Shown in pieces: positions 19,798 through 29,683 of a stretch of 64,000 nt of DNA (within the stretch, counting starts at the first letter, position 1; the number at the start of each line of letters is the position of its first letter). The translations under genes were made by a program, and so were the position numbers. The DNA is taken from NCBI GenBank assembly GCA_965223325.1, contig CBDCWI010000002.1, positions 3,776,001 through 3,840,000 on the forward strand, read 5' to 3'. Below the pieces are notes generated by a model that was not told where the DNA came from, did no database searches, and saw only the letters and a list, made by a program, of their open reading frames with translations. This DNA is from Candidatus Multivoradales bacterium. GTDB lineage: Bacteria > Acidobacteriota > Thermoanaerobaculia > Multivoradales > Multivoraceae.

Positions 19798-21247
19798 CAA
19801 AACCACGGCTTCGGCTACCACCGAGACGTTGAGTCGCTTCATCATCTCGTGCAACGTCGTCGGCTTGACCTTGAGCATCTCGCCCTACCGAGACGTTGAG
19901 TCGCTTCATCATCTCGTGCAACGTCGTCGGCTTGACCTTGAGCATCTCGGCTGCCCGTTTCTGGACGCCGTCAGAAGCCTGCAGAGCCTTGATGATCAGC
20001 TGACGTTCATAGGAGCTCACGGCTTCTTTGAACGACACGCCGTTCGCAGGCAGCGAGGCCTGGGTCATGCTGAGGCTCGACGGATTGCGCACGGTAGGCG
20101 GCAGGAGGTCGACGTCGACTTCGTTTCCCGTTGCCAAGACGACGGCTCGCTCGACGGCGTTCTCGAGCTCGCGTACGTTGCCCGGCCAGTGATAGTCGAT
20201 CAACAACTCCATGGCAGCGGGAGTAATGGCGCTGATTTCCTTTTCGTTTTCTTCGGAGTACTTCGAAAGGAAGTGGTTAGCGATCAGTGGCGTGTCCTCG
20301 GAGCGCTTGCGCAGCGGCGGCAGATTGATCGTGATCACGTTGAGTCGGTAGTAGAGGTCTTCGCGGAAGTCGCCCTTCTCCACCAGCTCTGTGAGTTCCG
20401 CGTTGGTGGCCGCGACAATGCGCACGTCGGCCTTGAGAGTTTCGACGCCGCCGAGGCGCATGAACTCCTTCTCCTGAATGACCCGCAGCAGTTTGGCCTG
20501 CGTGTCGAGTGGGATGTTGCCGATCTCGTCGAAGAAGATCGTGCCGCCCTGGGCGGCCTCGAAGAGGCCTTGCTTGTTCGAGATCGCGCCAGTGAAGGCG
20601 CCCTTGACGTGGCCGAAGAGGTTGCTCTCGAGAAGATCGGGTGGCATCGAGCCCGAGTTGACCGTAACGAAAGGGCCGTCCTGGCGCTTCGAGTTCTTGT
20701 GGATCGACTTGGCGACCAGCTCTTTCCCAGTCCCGCTTTCGCCGAGCACGAGAATGTTCGACTTCGAGGGCGCCGCCAGGCGAATGAGTTCGAAGACCTG
20801 CTGTATAGGCTTGCTCTTACCGATGATCTTGTCGAACCCGAAACGCTGCTCGAGTTGCTCGCGGAGTGAACGGTTCTCCTGGCGCAGGCGCCGGCGTTCG
20901 AGCCCCTGGCTGACCGTCAGGCGGACTTCTTCGTTCTTGAACGGCTTCGGCAGGTAGTGGAACGCGCCCTTGCGCATCGCCTCGATGGCGCCTTCGATCG
21001 ATGAGAAGGCGGTAATGATCACGACGACCTGGTCGGGGTCGGTCTCGCGAATCTGCTTGAGAACCTCCATGCCGGTCATGTCGGGCAGCATCAGGTCGAG
21101 GAGCACCAGATCGATCTCTTCGCGCTCGAGCAGCATCAGAGCCTCGCCGCCGGTGCGGGCGTTGAAAGGCTGGTGCCCTTCGGCTTTGATGAGCGAAGTG
21201 AGAACGTCCTGGAGGACCTCTTCGTCGTCGCAAATCAAGATGTTCAT
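19514..21247 (-). CDS. Sigma-54-dependent response regulator (NtrC/AtoC-like). Homology ends near 19885; the ORF runs on into the repeat.
   Basis: REC domain, GESGTGKE, GAFTGA, FREDLYYRLNV, WPGNVRELEN, Fis-type HTH. Confidence 0.9.
   Translation of the reverse strand: MNILICDDEEVLQDVLTSLIKAEGHQPFNARTGGEALMLLEREEIDLVLLDLMLPDMTGMEVLKQIRETDPDQVVVIITAFSSIEGAIEAMRKGAFHYLPKPFKNEEVRLTVSQGLERRRLRQENRSLREQLEQRFGFDKIIGKSKPIQQVFELIRLAAPSKSNILVLGESGTGKELVAKSIHKNSKRQDGPFVTVNSGSMPPDLLESNLFGHVKGAFTGAISNKQGLFEAAQGGTIFFDEIGNIPLDTQAKLLRVIQEKEFMRLGGVETLKADVRIVAATNAELTELVEKGDFREDLYYRLNVITINLPPLRKRSEDTPLIANHFLSKYSEENEKEISAITPAAMELLIDYHWPGNVRELENAVERAVVLATGNEVDVDLLPPTVRNPSSLSMTQASLPANGVSFKEAVSSYERQLIIKALQASDGVQKRAAEMLKVKPTTLHEMMKRLNVSVGRDAQGQADDVARDDEATQRLGGSRSRGFAAAVGRWMMGSAVLWGLDLAFSIGRYHGFGYSSSPPFLPRWGTGASDSRRGPNARALALTGPPGTAKDPRAPLPDLERGPPRFRKPIDLRTRPL
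19820..19949. repeat. 63-bp direct duplication of the 3' end of the response regulator gene
   Basis: ACCGAGACGTTG...AGCATCTCG at 19820-19882 and 19887-19949. Confidence 0.9.
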
Positions 21248-24048
21248 GCGCGGAATCCCTGCGGGTCGTGGCTCTGCGCATCCTTCGATGGGTCGCCATC
21301 GTCGTCGCTCTTGCCGTAGCGCAGCAGGCGGGCGGTGAATGCACAGCCCCCTCTGTCGAGGTTACGCACCGTGAGTTCGCCCCCGTGCCGGCGCACGATC
21401 TCGTGGCTGATCGAGAGGCCGAGCCCTGTTCCGCCGGCGTCGGTCTTGGTCGAGAAGAAGGGCTGGAAGACCTGCCCCAGGTTGTCTTCTGAAATGCCGG
21501 TCCCCTCGTCGGCAACTTCGACGTCGACGAACTGGCCGCGAGGAGTGACCGTGACCCGAACCACGCCGCCCTCGGGCTGCATTGCGTCGACGGCGTTCAG
21601 CAGCAGGTTGGTGAACACCTGGTGCATCTCGCTGTCGGTCGAAGAGGCAAACGCCGGACTCTGCGGAGACTCGATCGACAACTTCACGTTGCTTGCCCCG
21701 AGGCGCTCCTCCAGCAGCTCGTGACACTCCTCGAGCACCGCGACCAGGTTCACAGGTTGCGGTGCCACGTCACGGCGGCGGGCGAACTCGAGCAGGCTGT
21801 TGACGATGCGGGCGGCCCTGAACGTCTGGCGCTCGACCTTGCGCAGAGTGTCGTGCCGCGGGTCTTCTTCGGGCGTTTGAGACAGGAGCATCTGGGCGTA
21901 GCTGGAAATGCCGGTGAGAGGAGTATTGACCTCATGAGCAACACCGGCAGCCATCACACCGATGGCGGCCAGACGTTCTTGTTCCTCCAGTCGGCGTTCC
22001 ATCTTTACGCGTTCGGTGACGTCGTGGATTACCAGCACCCGCATGTCACTCGCTGAACCGAGGAAGGAAGCCACGCTGGCCTGGAAGTGGCGTTCACGAC
22101 CCTGGGCGTCTTTCCAGGAGGAGTTCACGACGCCCTCGTCAACACTCGGGATCCGCTCTAAGGGCAGCAGCTCGGGGAGCTGCTTTCTGCGAACGGCGTT
22201 TCGTTCCATTCCGGCAAGTGCGGCAAAGGCCAGGTTGGCGGTGACCACGCGGTCGGAAGAGTCGAAGGCGGCGATCCCCGCCGGTGTCGACTCGATGATC
22301 TCTTCGTTGAACTGCTTGAGCTCGAGAACTTCGGTGAGCTGGCGCTGCAGTTGCTCGAGCAGCTGCGCGTTCTCGATCGCCAGCGAAGCCTGGTTGAGCA
22401 GCTGCCGGACCAGGATGAGGTCGTCGCTGTTGAGCGGCACCTGGTCGCTCTTGTAGCCCGTGACGACGATTCCGATGCGGCGTTCGCGGATCGACAGCGG
22501 GAAGGCGTAGCGATAGCCGTTCAGGAACAGGTGCTGGGACGACTCGAGCGGGCTTTCCGGCAGCGAGATCGCCGTCAGGTGCTCGTAGTCCTGCTCCCAG
22601 ACGCGTGTACCCAGGCCGAGCAGCGGGAGCGTGATCGCGCCACCTTCTTCATCGAGAACAGGGACCAGCCGATCACCTTCGACCAGGTAGAGATTCGAGC
22701 GATCGAGGTCGAGGCCCTCGTCGAGCTCCCGCAGAAGGCTGGTGCTCAGGCTCTCGAGATTGCGCTCGTGCAGCAGGTCACGCCCGAACTGGGTGAGTGC
22801 ACGGCGGCGCGAGAAGTTGCCGCGGTAGTGAAAGCGTTGCAATGTCGAACCGATGGCCTGGCGCGTCGGGATCAAGAGCCCCGCGACGGTCAGCCCCGCG
22901 ATGAAGGTCAGCAGGTATCGAGTGACCGAAAGATCTTCCGGAATGCCTCGATCGATCGCCAGGTTGAGGAGCGAGAAGCCGATCAACCCAAGTACCAGGG
23001 TGAGCGCGTAGGTGGTGATGTCGCGCACGATGATGGCGATGTCCCACAGCCGGTAGCGCAGGATGGCGTAGGCGAAGCTCAGCGGCACCAGGCCGAGAGG
23101 CAGCACGACAGCCGCCTGCAAGAGCCGGGGCGCCTGGTAGCCGAGCACAAAGGGCACCACATAGAGCGCCAGGAACGGCAGGTAGCCGCCGATCATGCCG
23201 AGCGTGACCCACAACACCTGGCGGCTCTCGACACCATGCCCCGTGCGCACCAACTGCAAAACCAGAACCGTCACGGCGAGCGGCACATAGATCATCAACT
23301 GCACGAGCGTCAGCTGGTCGAGTAGCGCGATGGTTTCGAGTGAGGGTGCGCCAGTGAAAAAGCGCCCTCCAAGGTAGATCAGGTCGACTTGCAGGGCGAG
23401 CAGAACGGCGCCCGGCAAGTAGAGAAACGGAATCGTGCGCCGCAGCCATTTGGCGGGTGAGATCGGCCTCGGGAAGGTGAGGAAGAAATGCAGCGTGAGC
23501 GCCGGCAGCACCAGACGAGCAACGATCTCGCAGATGTAGAGCACCCGTTCGGCCGACGTGTCGTAGGGCGGCGTCGCGGTGAACAGGTAGATCGCCGCCG
23601 AAGCCAGACACCAGGTCGTAAACAGGCCAACCCTCGGAGCCTGGGCCCTCAGCAATGTGTAGAGACCAATGATCAGGTAGAGCAGGCCAATAAACGCCAG
23701 CATCAAGTAGACGACGTCGATCTCGAGCGACGGCCTGCCGTAGGAGACCTCGACCAGGCGATCGCCGCGCTGCACCAGGAGCTCGGTTTGTGAGCGGTCG
23801 GTCAAACGCTCGCGCATCTCCTGCGGCGAGGCCGGCAGGTTGCCACCGATCGTGAGCAGCAGATCGCCCTGCTGGAGGCCGGTTTCGGGTGCCGGGATGT
23901 CGCGCACCCGCCAGACTTCACCCTGCCGTTCGGCCTCGAACCCGAGCGGCTGGAACTCCGACACCTTGGCCGTGAAGCTCAACCCGCCCAGCGCCACTAC
24001 CAGGGCAGCGAGGGCGAAAAGGGTCGCGAGTGTCAGGTTGCGGCGCAT
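21244..24048 (-). CDS. Membrane sensor histidine kinase (PDZ-like, multi-TM, GAF, PAS, HisKA, HATPase)
   Basis: AHEVNTPL H-box, NAVDAM, DEGTG, PFFSTK, GTGLGL; overlaps the regulator start. Confidence 0.9.
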   Translation of the reverse strand: MRRNLTLATLFALAALVVALGGLSFTAKVSEFQPLGFEAERQGEVWRVRDIPAPETGLQQGDLLLTIGGNLPASPQEMRERLTDRSQTELLVQRGDRLVEVSYGRPSLEIDVVYLMLAFIGLLYLIIGLYTLLRAQAPRVGLFTTWCLASAAIYLFTATPPYDTSAERVLYICEIVARLVLPALTLHFFLTFPRPISPAKWLRRTIPFLYLPGAVLLALQVDLIYLGGRFFTGAPSLETIALLDQLTLVQLMIYVPLAVTVLVLQLVRTGHGVESRQVLWVTLGMIGGYLPFLALYVVPFVLGYQAPRLLQAAVVLPLGLVPLSFAYAILRYRLWDIAIIVRDITTYALTLVLGLIGFSLLNLAIDRGIPEDLSVTRYLLTFIAGLTVAGLLIPTRQAIGSTLQRFHYRGNFSRRRALTQFGRDLLHERNLESLSTSLLRELDEGLDLDRSNLYLVEGDRLVPVLDEEGGAITLPLLGLGTRVWEQDYEHLTAISLPESPLESSQHLFLNGYRYAFPLSIRERRIGIVVTGYKSDQVPLNSDDLILVRQLLNQASLAIENAQLLEQLQRQLTEVLELKQFNEEIIESTPAGIAAFDSSDRVVTANLAFAALAGMERNAVRRKQLPELLPLERIPSVDEGVVNSSWKDAQGRERHFQASVASFLGSASDMRVLVIHDVTERVKMERRLEEQERLAAIGVMAAGVAHEVNTPLTGISSYAQMLLSQTPEEDPRHDTLRKVERQTFRAARIVNSLLEFARRRDVAPQPVNLVAVLEECHELLEERLGASNVKLSIESPQSPAFASSTDSEMHQVFTNLLLNAVDAMQPEGGVVRVTVTPRGQFVDVEVADEGTGISEDNLGQVFQPFFSTKTDAGGTGLGLSISHEIVRRHGGELTVRNLDRGGCAFTARLLRYGKSDDDGDPSKDAQSHDPQGFRA

Positions 24049-24130
24049 TCGGGTTCCAGGTCGAAGGCGGCGCCCTGGGAGTCGGAGCGCCGGGCTTGGC
24101 GGAGAGTGAACAAAGCTTCAAATAATTGGA

Positions 24131-24146
24131 AGCACGGAACGTGCCA
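24131..24146 (-). promoter_or_regulatory. Putative sigma-54 (-24/-12) promoter upstream of the kinase-regulator operon
   Basis: Minus strand TGGCACGTTCCGTGCT has GG-N10-GC spacing, about 80 bp upstream of ATG 24048. Confidence 0.5.
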
Positions 24147-24302
24147 TCGCCGCCAACTGCTCCGATGCAGGGAATATGGGCTCACGTAAGTCCTGTGAAT
24201 ACAGGAGTTTTTTGGGCTGGATCCAGCGCGTTGAATCCGTCCGCTCGCTTGAATCGAGCCGGAATACTTGCGGATCAGCGGCCGGATGGCCCCCGGAGCA
24301 GT

Positions 24303-26363
24303 CTAGAAGCGGACGGCGAGCCCACCGACGACCTGCTTGCGCGTCTCTTCTTGGTCTCCGGCCTTGCCCCAGGGCAGATTGCCGCGGCTGAGCTGCATGT
24401 CGAGCGACACGGACCAGTCGGTCGCGAGACCAAGCAGAGCACCGATTTCTTGCGTCAGCTGGATCTGGTAGCGATCGAGATCGAGGGCGGTGCCGGGCAG
24501 CTCGCCCTGGCCCGAGAGCGGGTCAAAGGTCTGCTCCATGCGTTGGAACGAGACCAGGACGCCGGTCTGGGTCGGTTCCCAGTGGGTGTCGACGGTGGTG
24601 ACGAGGTAGCCGATGCGGTTCTCGTAGGTGCCCTCGTCGAGCGACATCTGGCCGCCACCGCCGGTGGCGACGCTCGAGTGGAAGTTGGCCAGTAGCTTCT
24701 GGCCGAAACGCTGGCTGAGGCTGAATTGGACTTCCGGCAGAACATCGCCGGGGACCAGCAGCATGCTCTCGAGCTGGGTGTAGAGGTCTTCGGCGAAGTA
24801 CAAGCGCAAGGTCTCTGAGAACTCGCGGTGCAGTGCGCCGATTCTCACCTCGGTACCTGACTCGAGCTCGCGCGTGGCGCCGAACCGGTAGCAGAAGCTT
24901 TCGGCGACACCGCAGTCGGTGCTTTCGGCGTGGTATGCCGGCGTGATGTGGCGGTAGGGCGAGTGGAGGTTTTCGGGGTTCGAAAGACGCTCCCGCGCTG
25001 CTCCTTCGAGCGACCACTGGTCGGTGACCTGGAAGACGACGCCGGCGTGCGGGCTAAAGGAGACCTCGCCGTCTTCGAACGAGGTGTACAGACCGTACTG
25101 GACCATGACGCGCGACGACACTTCCTGGCTGCCCAGGCCGAAAGCGTCAATCCGCTCGCTGGGCAGCGAGGAGAGCGGGTCGTAGCTCGACGAGCGAACG
25201 GCCTGCTGGCGGTAGCTGACCCCAGTGCGCAGCGACGCGCGCTTGCGAATTGGCTGTTCGTAAGACCCTGCAACCTGCCACTGACTGGACTCGCCGGCCA
25301 GACCGAGGGTTGCGATGCGTTCGTCGACGTGGGGGTTCAGTTCGCTCGTAAAGCGCGCATCGACACGTGACTGACCGCGACCGATTTGTTGGCTCCATCC
25401 CACGCCGTAGCGCTCGAAGCCGAAGGCGTCGGTTGCCAGCGAGGAGCTGTGGCCGAACGCCGAGCTCTCGAGTTGGTTGCGCTGGCCGGACACCGTGACC
25501 GCGGTGTCATCACTGTTGATCGCCAGGACCAGGTTGCTGGTGCGCCCGAGGGTGTCGGGGCTGGTCAACTGGGACGAGGCAGCCTGCAGGGTGCGGAACT
25601 GGCCTTCGATGCCGAGCTCGACCTCGCCGATGTTCGTGCGCAGCGCGAGGTTGCCGCCCGAGACTTCCGCCGAACCGAAGGTGGCGATGTCCTGGATGCC
25701 GCGCACCGCGCTCATCGAGGTTTCGAGCAGCGGGTTCGGAAACGGCGACGCATGCCGCAGTTCCTGGGCTTCGGCGAGTTGGATGTCGCGCAACACGTCA
25801 CCGGGAATGCGACCGCGCAACGTCCAGAAGTCGGCGTCGTCGGAACCGTCGCGCCCATCGTCGACGGCAAGCTGCAAGTCGAGGAACTGGTAGGCGTCTG
25901 ACGTGGCACGAGTGACGGTGACCACCGCGGGCACGAAGCCAGGCTTGTGGGCGATGATCTTGTAGAGACCGGCCGGCAGTTTTCTGAAAGCGAACTCGCC
26001 GAGCCGGTCGGTTGTTGCCTTGGCCAGACTGAGATCGCTCAGTTGGTAGGCATAGACCCGCACCGCACCGAGCGGTGAGCGCTCGGCCGAAACGCGCCCG
26101 GTCAAAAAGCCCTGGTTGGTTCCGCGTGATGCGTGCAGCCGGTCGAGCGGTGAGGGATCGAGACTGGCCATCGCCACCGGTTCGTCGGTGGGCGGCGGCG
26201 GTGGGGCAGCAGTCGCCATCGCGCTTGCCGCCGTGAGCAGGCCGAGCGCGGCGAGCAGAGTGACGAGGAGTCCCCAGTTGGTGTGAAACGACATGGGCCG
26301 AGCGCACGGACAAGCCTTCCCAGGAAGGTGGTGCCCACTGCGATTCGTTTGTCGTTCCGTCAT
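24303..26363 (-). CDS. Carboxypeptidase-regulatory-like domain plus probable outer-membrane beta-barrel
   Basis: ATTDRLGEFAFRKLPAGLYKIIAHKPGF; amphipathic strands; C-terminal Phe. Confidence 0.65.
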   Translation of the reverse strand: MTERQTNRSGHHLPGKACPCARPMSFHTNWGLLVTLLAALGLLTAASAMATAAPPPPPTDEPVAMASLDPSPLDRLHASRGTNQGFLTGRVSAERSPLGAVRVYAYQLSDLSLAKATTDRLGEFAFRKLPAGLYKIIAHKPGFVPAVVTVTRATSDAYQFLDLQLAVDDGRDGSDDADFWTLRGRIPGDVLRDIQLAEAQELRHASPFPNPLLETSMSAVRGIQDIATFGSAEVSGGNLALRTNIGEVELGIEGQFRTLQAASSQLTSPDTLGRTSNLVLAINSDDTAVTVSGQRNQLESSAFGHSSSLATDAFGFERYGVGWSQQIGRGQSRVDARFTSELNPHVDERIATLGLAGESSQWQVAGSYEQPIRKRASLRTGVSYRQQAVRSSSYDPLSSLPSERIDAFGLGSQEVSSRVMVQYGLYTSFEDGEVSFSPHAGVVFQVTDQWSLEGAARERLSNPENLHSPYRHITPAYHAESTDCGVAESFCYRFGATRELESGTEVRIGALHREFSETLRLYFAEDLYTQLESMLLVPGDVLPEVQFSLSQRFGQKLLANFHSSVATGGGGQMSLDEGTYENRIGYLVTTVDTHWEPTQTGVLVSFQRMEQTFDPLSGQGELPGTALDLDRYQIQLTQEIGALLGLATDWSVSLDMQLSRGNLPWGKAGDQEETRKQVVGGLAVRF

Positions 26364-26548
26364 GGTGATTCCCCTCTATCCCCTGACCTTCTCGTCAGCG
26401 ACTCCACGGATTCGACTTTCGGGTGCCCGACATCGGAGACCTGGGCGGTCTTGACGCCGAAGAAAGTCAGGGAGCGCAGCCCTGGGAGTATAGCGCCTCA
26501 TGCAATTCGTGCGGACTCGACGAATGGATCCCAGGTGCCGCAGAATAC

Positions 26549-27403
26549 CTAGTATTTCTCGTGACGATCTTCCGCTTCGAGTGGTCCAGGAGTCCGCGCG
26601 ATCACCAGAACGGCCAGCTCGCGTGCCCCCGTGTTCCGTAGGCCGGCGGCGGCGGCACGGAGCGTCGCACCGGTAGTGACGACGTCGTCGATGAGCAGGA
26701 TGCGCTCATTGTGCAACCGTGCCGCCGCTGGCGTGGCCACGAAGGCTCGCCGAAGGTGTTTGTGGCGGTCGCTCCGCGGCAGGGTCGACTGCGGTGGTCC
26801 CGGGCGCACGCGGCAGAGGGCGCCGATGAGCGGTCGATTGAGCCGCCGGGCGACGTGCCGCGCCAGGGAGTGCGCCTGGTCGAACCCGCGCGTTACGAGA
26901 CGACGGCGGTGTAGCGGCACGGCAACGACCCGGGTAAAGCGCACCAGGTTCTCCGCGTGGCGCTCCCAGAGCGCGTCGGCGAGTGGCTGCGCGAGGGCTT
27001 CGCGGTGCGAGAACTTGTAGGCGTGGATGAGCGCAACCATGGGCTGGCGGTAGGCCCAACCGACGTAGAGGTCGCGCCAGGGAGGTGGCTGTGCCAGACA
27101 GTGACCGCAGTGAACCAGGAGCCGCTTCGTAGGTCGTCCGCACGACCGGCAGCCCGGTCGAGGAGGTGAAACCAGAGCCGCGTGACACTCGCGGCACAAG
27201 CCGAGCGCCCGGCGTTGGGCCGGTGCACCGCACGCTGGGCAGGGGCTCGGCAGGAAGAGTTCGAAAGCCGAACGAGCGTGCGCCAACCAGCGCGTGCCGG
27301 GAGCCCCCAGGCCCGCCTGCCGCGCGAATCCCAACGGTCGCCGCTCGACATCCGTAAACTCGGCGAGCGAAGCAATCCAGCTCGCCCTGCTTTTTCCCCG
27401 CAC
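26549..27403 (-). CDS. comF: ComF family protein (zinc ribbons plus PRTase)
   Basis: CxxC pairs, VPLH, RGFDQA, LLIDDVVTTGAT. Confidence 0.9.
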   Translation of the reverse strand: MRGKSRASWIASLAEFTDVERRPLGFARQAGLGAPGTRWLAHARSAFELFLPSPCPACGAPAQRRALGLCRECHAALVSPPRPGCRSCGRPTKRLLVHCGHCLAQPPPWRDLYVGWAYRQPMVALIHAYKFSHREALAQPLADALWERHAENLVRFTRVVAVPLHRRRLVTRGFDQAHSLARHVARRLNRPLIGALCRVRPGPPQSTLPRSDRHKHLRRAFVATPAAARLHNERILLIDDVVTTGATLRAAAAGLRNTGARELAVLVIARTPGPLEAEDRHEKY

Positions 27404-27536
27404 CTCACCCCCCTGCTCGACCGGCTTGCCGGTCGTGTTTCTCGATGAGGTTTCTCTGCTCGCGGGAGCCGCTGGCTCTCGCTGCGTTGTCCTCTCGCTC
27501 TATAGAGACGCAAACCCCGTGGATATACTGACTTTG

Positions 27537-28142
27537 ATGAACATTTCGCCGCTTGGAACCTCGCCTGGAACTCCCCGGCCCCTCCCCGCACGACTGCTAA
27601 TCTGGCTCGCCCCCGTCGCTCTTCTCGCCGGTCTCCTGGCCCTTCCCGGCGCCGCCAGCGCCCAGGACGATCGCTACAGCTTTCACGCTTCGGCGAGTCT
27701 CGGCATCGGCGGGTCGCTCGACGCCAACCCCGATCCCGGTTTCGATGGCGAGTCCTTCCAACTCGGTTTCTCGTGGGTGACCCAGCCGCGCACCCGGGTA
27801 GGCATTCGGGTCGGCCAGCTCGACTTTGGTGCCGAGGAGCAACTCGAGAACCTGCTTGGCGCTGAGCTCAGTTGGGTGAATATTTCGGGCGAATACCGCT
27901 ACTGGGACCGCTTCTACGAGTCCGGGATCTTCGTCGGGCTCGGGCTCTACGACATGGACGGCCTGGCGCTCGACGGGAGCGACGGCAGCGATGAAGCGAT
28001 TGGCATCGTGGTCGGGGTGACCGGGGACTTTCCGATTACCCAACACTTCAGTGCCCAGATCGAGCTTGCGGGTCACTGGGCTGAACTCGACGGTACCCAG
28101 CTCTTCGGCACCCTGCATGGCGGCGTGTCCTACTCGTTCTGA
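27537..28142 (+). CDS. Outer-membrane beta-barrel protein
   Basis: Signal peptide, alternating strands, C-terminal GVSYSF. Confidence 0.7.
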   Translation: MNISPLGTSPGTPRPLPARLLIWLAPVALLAGLLALPGAASAQDDRYSFHASASLGIGGSLDANPDPGFDGESFQLGFSWVTQPRTRVGIRVGQLDFGAEEQLENLLGAELSWVNISGEYRYWDRFYESGIFVGLGLYDMDGLALDGSDGSDEAIGIVVGVTGDFPITQHFSAQIELAGHWAELDGTQLFGTLHGGVSYSF

Positions 28143-28169
28143 GACCGGGGTGGCAGAACCCTCCCTCGA

Positions 28170-28199
28170 TTGACAAGCAGAAGGCGCCGAAGCTACTCT
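28170..28199 (+). promoter_or_regulatory. Sigma-70 promoter of tRNA-Ala
   Basis: TTGACA-N18-TACTCT, 11 bp before the tRNA. Confidence 0.7.
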
Positions 28200-28210
28200 G
28201 CCCTGCCCGT

Positions 28211-28286
28211 GGGGCCGTAGCTCAGTTGGGAGAGCGCCTGAATGGCATTCAGGAGGTCGTCGGTTCGATCCCGATCGGCTCCACCA
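28211..28286 (+). tRNA. tRNA-Ala(GGC)
   Basis: 76-nt cloverleaf GGGGCCGTAGCTCAG...CCTGA-ATGGCAT-TCAGG...GGTTCGATCCC...CTCCACCA. Confidence 0.97.
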
Positions 28287-28591
28287 TTGTTCCTGCCGCG
28301 AGTCTCTGCCGCGGACCATGTCCCCTCCCACCGACGACGGGGCATCTTCCGGCAGATCGACGCTCAGCCGGCCAGGCGCTCCGGTCGCGACTTCCAACCG
28401 GTCGGTCGCGCCGTTCGGCGAATCCTGCGCTCGGGAGGCCCGCGGCACGGCCCGGGCCCGAGATTGGTTGAAACAAACCCGCTCCGTCTGACGTCTTCTG
28501 AGTACACCCGGCACGGGTGGAACCCGAAAACGCAATGAACTGTGCCGTGCTCGGGATCGCGATGATTCGAACCAACAGGAGTCGCCAGGCC

Positions 28592-29182
28592 ATGAACCGA
28601 ACCACCCCAGAGAACAGTCCGTCTCGCCGTACCAACGCGCGCACCGCCATGATCGCGATTGGTTTTCTCATTGTGGGGCTGTTTCTCGCGGCTCCAGGCC
28701 TCGCGTCTGACCGCTGGTTCCACGTGCGCGTTGAAGAAGACTCAGGCGCCGAGGTCAATGTCAACCTGCCGCTCTCCCTCATCGAGTCGGCGATCAAACT
28801 GGTCCCTGAAGAAGCCGGTGAAGAGGTCTACATCGAGCTCAACGAAGAAGGCTTCGACGTCGACGAGCTGCGTCAACTCTGGCAGGAAGTGCGCAACACC
28901 GCCGATGCCACCTTCCTGACCGTCAAGGACCACGGAACCACCGTGGAAGTCCGCAAGGAAGGCAACTACTTCGTCGCTGAGACCGTCGAGGGCACCGAGT
29001 ACGGCGCCCAGGTCAACGTGCGGTTCCCGCTCGAGGTCGTCGACGCGCTGTTCTCCGGCCCACGCGGCACGCTCGATCTCGCCGCGGCGATTCGCGCCCT
29101 GGCCGAGGTCGGTGATGGCGACATGGTGACGATCCAGGACCGCGACGCGCGGGTGCGCGTCTGGGTCGACGATTCGAACTAA
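28592..29182 (+). CDS. Hypothetical secreted protein
   Basis: Signal peptide; VNVNLPLSL / VNVRFPLEV internal repeat; typical codon usage. Confidence 0.7.
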   Translation: MNRTTPENSPSRRTNARTAMIAIGFLIVGLFLAAPGLASDRWFHVRVEEDSGAEVNVNLPLSLIESAIKLVPEEAGEEVYIELNEEGFDVDELRQLWQEVRNTADATFLTVKDHGTTVEVRKEGNYFVAETVEGTEYGAQVNVRFPLEVVDALFSGPRGTLDLAAAIRALAEVGDGDMVTIQDRDARVRVWVDDSN

Positions 29183-29194
29183 GGGAGAGCGCCC

Positions 29195-29671
29195 ATGTTC
29201 AAGTTCTTCGGCATTGTCGTAGCAATGGGTCTCTCGACCCTTTTCTTCGGCATGGCCGGGTGCACGGCCTGGGTCGCCACCGGCGGTGTCGCGACAGTCT
29301 CCGTCGACACGCCCGAGGCGAACATCTACCTCCCCGTTCCCACCCGCCTGGTCGACCTTGGTCTCGACGCAGCGTTCATCGGAGCTGCCGATGAGCGCTT
29401 GGCTCTCCAGGCCGAAATGCAGCGTGAGCTCGGTGACCTCGACATCGAAGTTGGCGAGTTCGTCCGCGAGGTCTTAGACGAAGTTTCCGACATGCCCAAC
29501 GGCGCGCTCGTCGAAGTCCACGGGCCAGACGGTGAGGATGTGTGGATCGGCAAGAGCCGCGGTCGCTTTCTCGTCAAAGTCGATGCTCCGGACGCGCGGG
29601 TTCGCGTTTCCATACCCGCCCGTTCCGCCAAGCGCATCGGCAACCGGGCGCTTACGGTCGCGGGTCTATAG
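29195..29671 (+). CDS. Hypothetical membrane-anchored protein
   Basis: RBS GGGAG, N-terminal TM, co-oriented with the previous gene. Confidence 0.7.
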   Translation: MFKFFGIVVAMGLSTLFFGMAGCTAWVATGGVATVSVDTPEANIYLPVPTRLVDLGLDAAFIGAADERLALQAEMQRELGDLDIEVGEFVREVLDEVSDMPNGALVEVHGPDGEDVWIGKSRGRFLVKVDAPDARVRVSIPARSAKRIGNRALTVAGL

Positions 29672-29683
29672 CGGCCGTAGCTG

